This document shows, one piece after another, positions 63,144 to 64,000 of a stretch of 64,000 bases of DNA; position 1 is the first letter of the stretch; every line of letters begins with the position of its first letter. Origin of the DNA: the human T2T-CHM13v2.0 reference genome, Homo sapiens; NCBI RefSeq assembly GCF_009914755.1, contig NC_060928.1, one strand, 5' to 3'. The notes under the pieces are model-generated. The model was not told the origin of the DNA. It did not search any database and saw only the letters and a list, made by a program, of their open reading frames with translations. The position numbers were made by a program, and so were the translations under genes.

Positions 63144-63220
63144 GAGGTTGTAGTGAGCTGAGATAGCTGCCACTGCACTGCAGCCTGGGGAACACAGTGA
63201 GACTCTATCTCAAAAAAAAA
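63144..63220 (+). mobile_element. 5'-truncated Alu/FLAM 3' fragment
   Basis: gaggttgtagtgagctgagat..gtgagactctatctcaaaaaaaaa; TSD gaaagttt at 63136-63143 and 63221-63228. Confidence 0.88.
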
Positions 63221-63389
63221 GAAAGTTTCGAATTCTAGTTATTTGTTGGGAGTTCTGTGGACAGAGTTAGGAAATTCAGGACATTCTACTTAAACTTGGA
63301 TAATGAGATGAAAAGGACATATACAGGGGTCCACATAGATTCAGATACTAGAGTAAGATTCGGCTCACATGAAGTCATCTACATTTTCC

Positions 63390-64000
63390 TACTATAAAAT
63401 GCTCCTGATCTTATCAAGGCCAAACCTGTCACTTGTATACTGGGTTCCATTTGCTTTTGCTATTTAAGGCTTTTTTTTCTTTCATAATTATTTTTTACCT
63501 GAAATCGTCTCCTGCCTTATTTCATCTGATTTATTCTTTTTTTTCTTTTTGCTAAATGTAACCTATTCTAATATCTCCCACCTTAAGAAGCAAAATACTC
63601 CCAAACTCTCTTTGACACAACTTCCTCTCAACACTGTTCTATTTCTTTGCTTTGTGTTATAGCAAAGGTCTTCAACACATTTATTTGCTGAATTCATTTT
63701 CTCACTTTTTGGTCTCTCTTTATCTGACCAACACTGCTGTCTTTTGTAAAGGTCATTAACAATCTTCAAAATGCAAGGGCCAATTCTTCAGCTCCTTTAG
63801 AGTCAGTGTCTCTGTAGCCTCTCAGCAGCATATAGCATGATCAGTCTTTCTTCAAAATATTCTTCACTTGGCTGCATGAATCCTATGCTCTCTTGCTTCT
63901 CCTCCTTCAGCAGCTATGTCTCAGTCTTTTTTGATTGGTTCTATTCCTCTTTTCTTCCTTGAAACACTAATATCTATGGGGCTCTGTGGCCAGCCCTTTT
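63390..64000 (+). mobile_element. L2 remnant
   Basis: aaggccaaacc..tctcccaccttaa..aaaggtcattaacaatcttc..tctcagcagcat..ttcttcacttggct. Confidence 0.7.

Overview
Primate (most likely human) AT-rich intergenic or intronic DNA. I recognise no host protein-coding exon, RNA gene or CpG island. The window is dominated by two near-full-length L1PA elements in convergent orientation: 1311-7454 (+), with an intact 338-aa ORF1 and a broken ORF2, and 21865-27586 (-), inserted in an MLT2D LTR, with both ORFs broken. It also holds about ten Alus or Alu fragments, several ERVL/MaLR solo LTRs, old L1M/L2/MIR remnants, hAT MITEs and simple repeats. The best-supported unusual structure is that the 15-bp target-site duplication of the first L1 encloses about 277 bp of non-L1 sequence upstream and a 14-bp tag downstream. 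This suggests a rare double (5' plus 3') transduction or a nested retrocopy. Other points of interest are a 21-23 bp hairpin at 62016-62073, a self-complementary AT array, a perfect DR3/NBRE motif cluster and several template-switch scars. I see no convincing evidence of a wholly new biological system. Repeat subfamily names come from recalled consensus sequences, not from a database search, and boundaries of old repeats are approximate.
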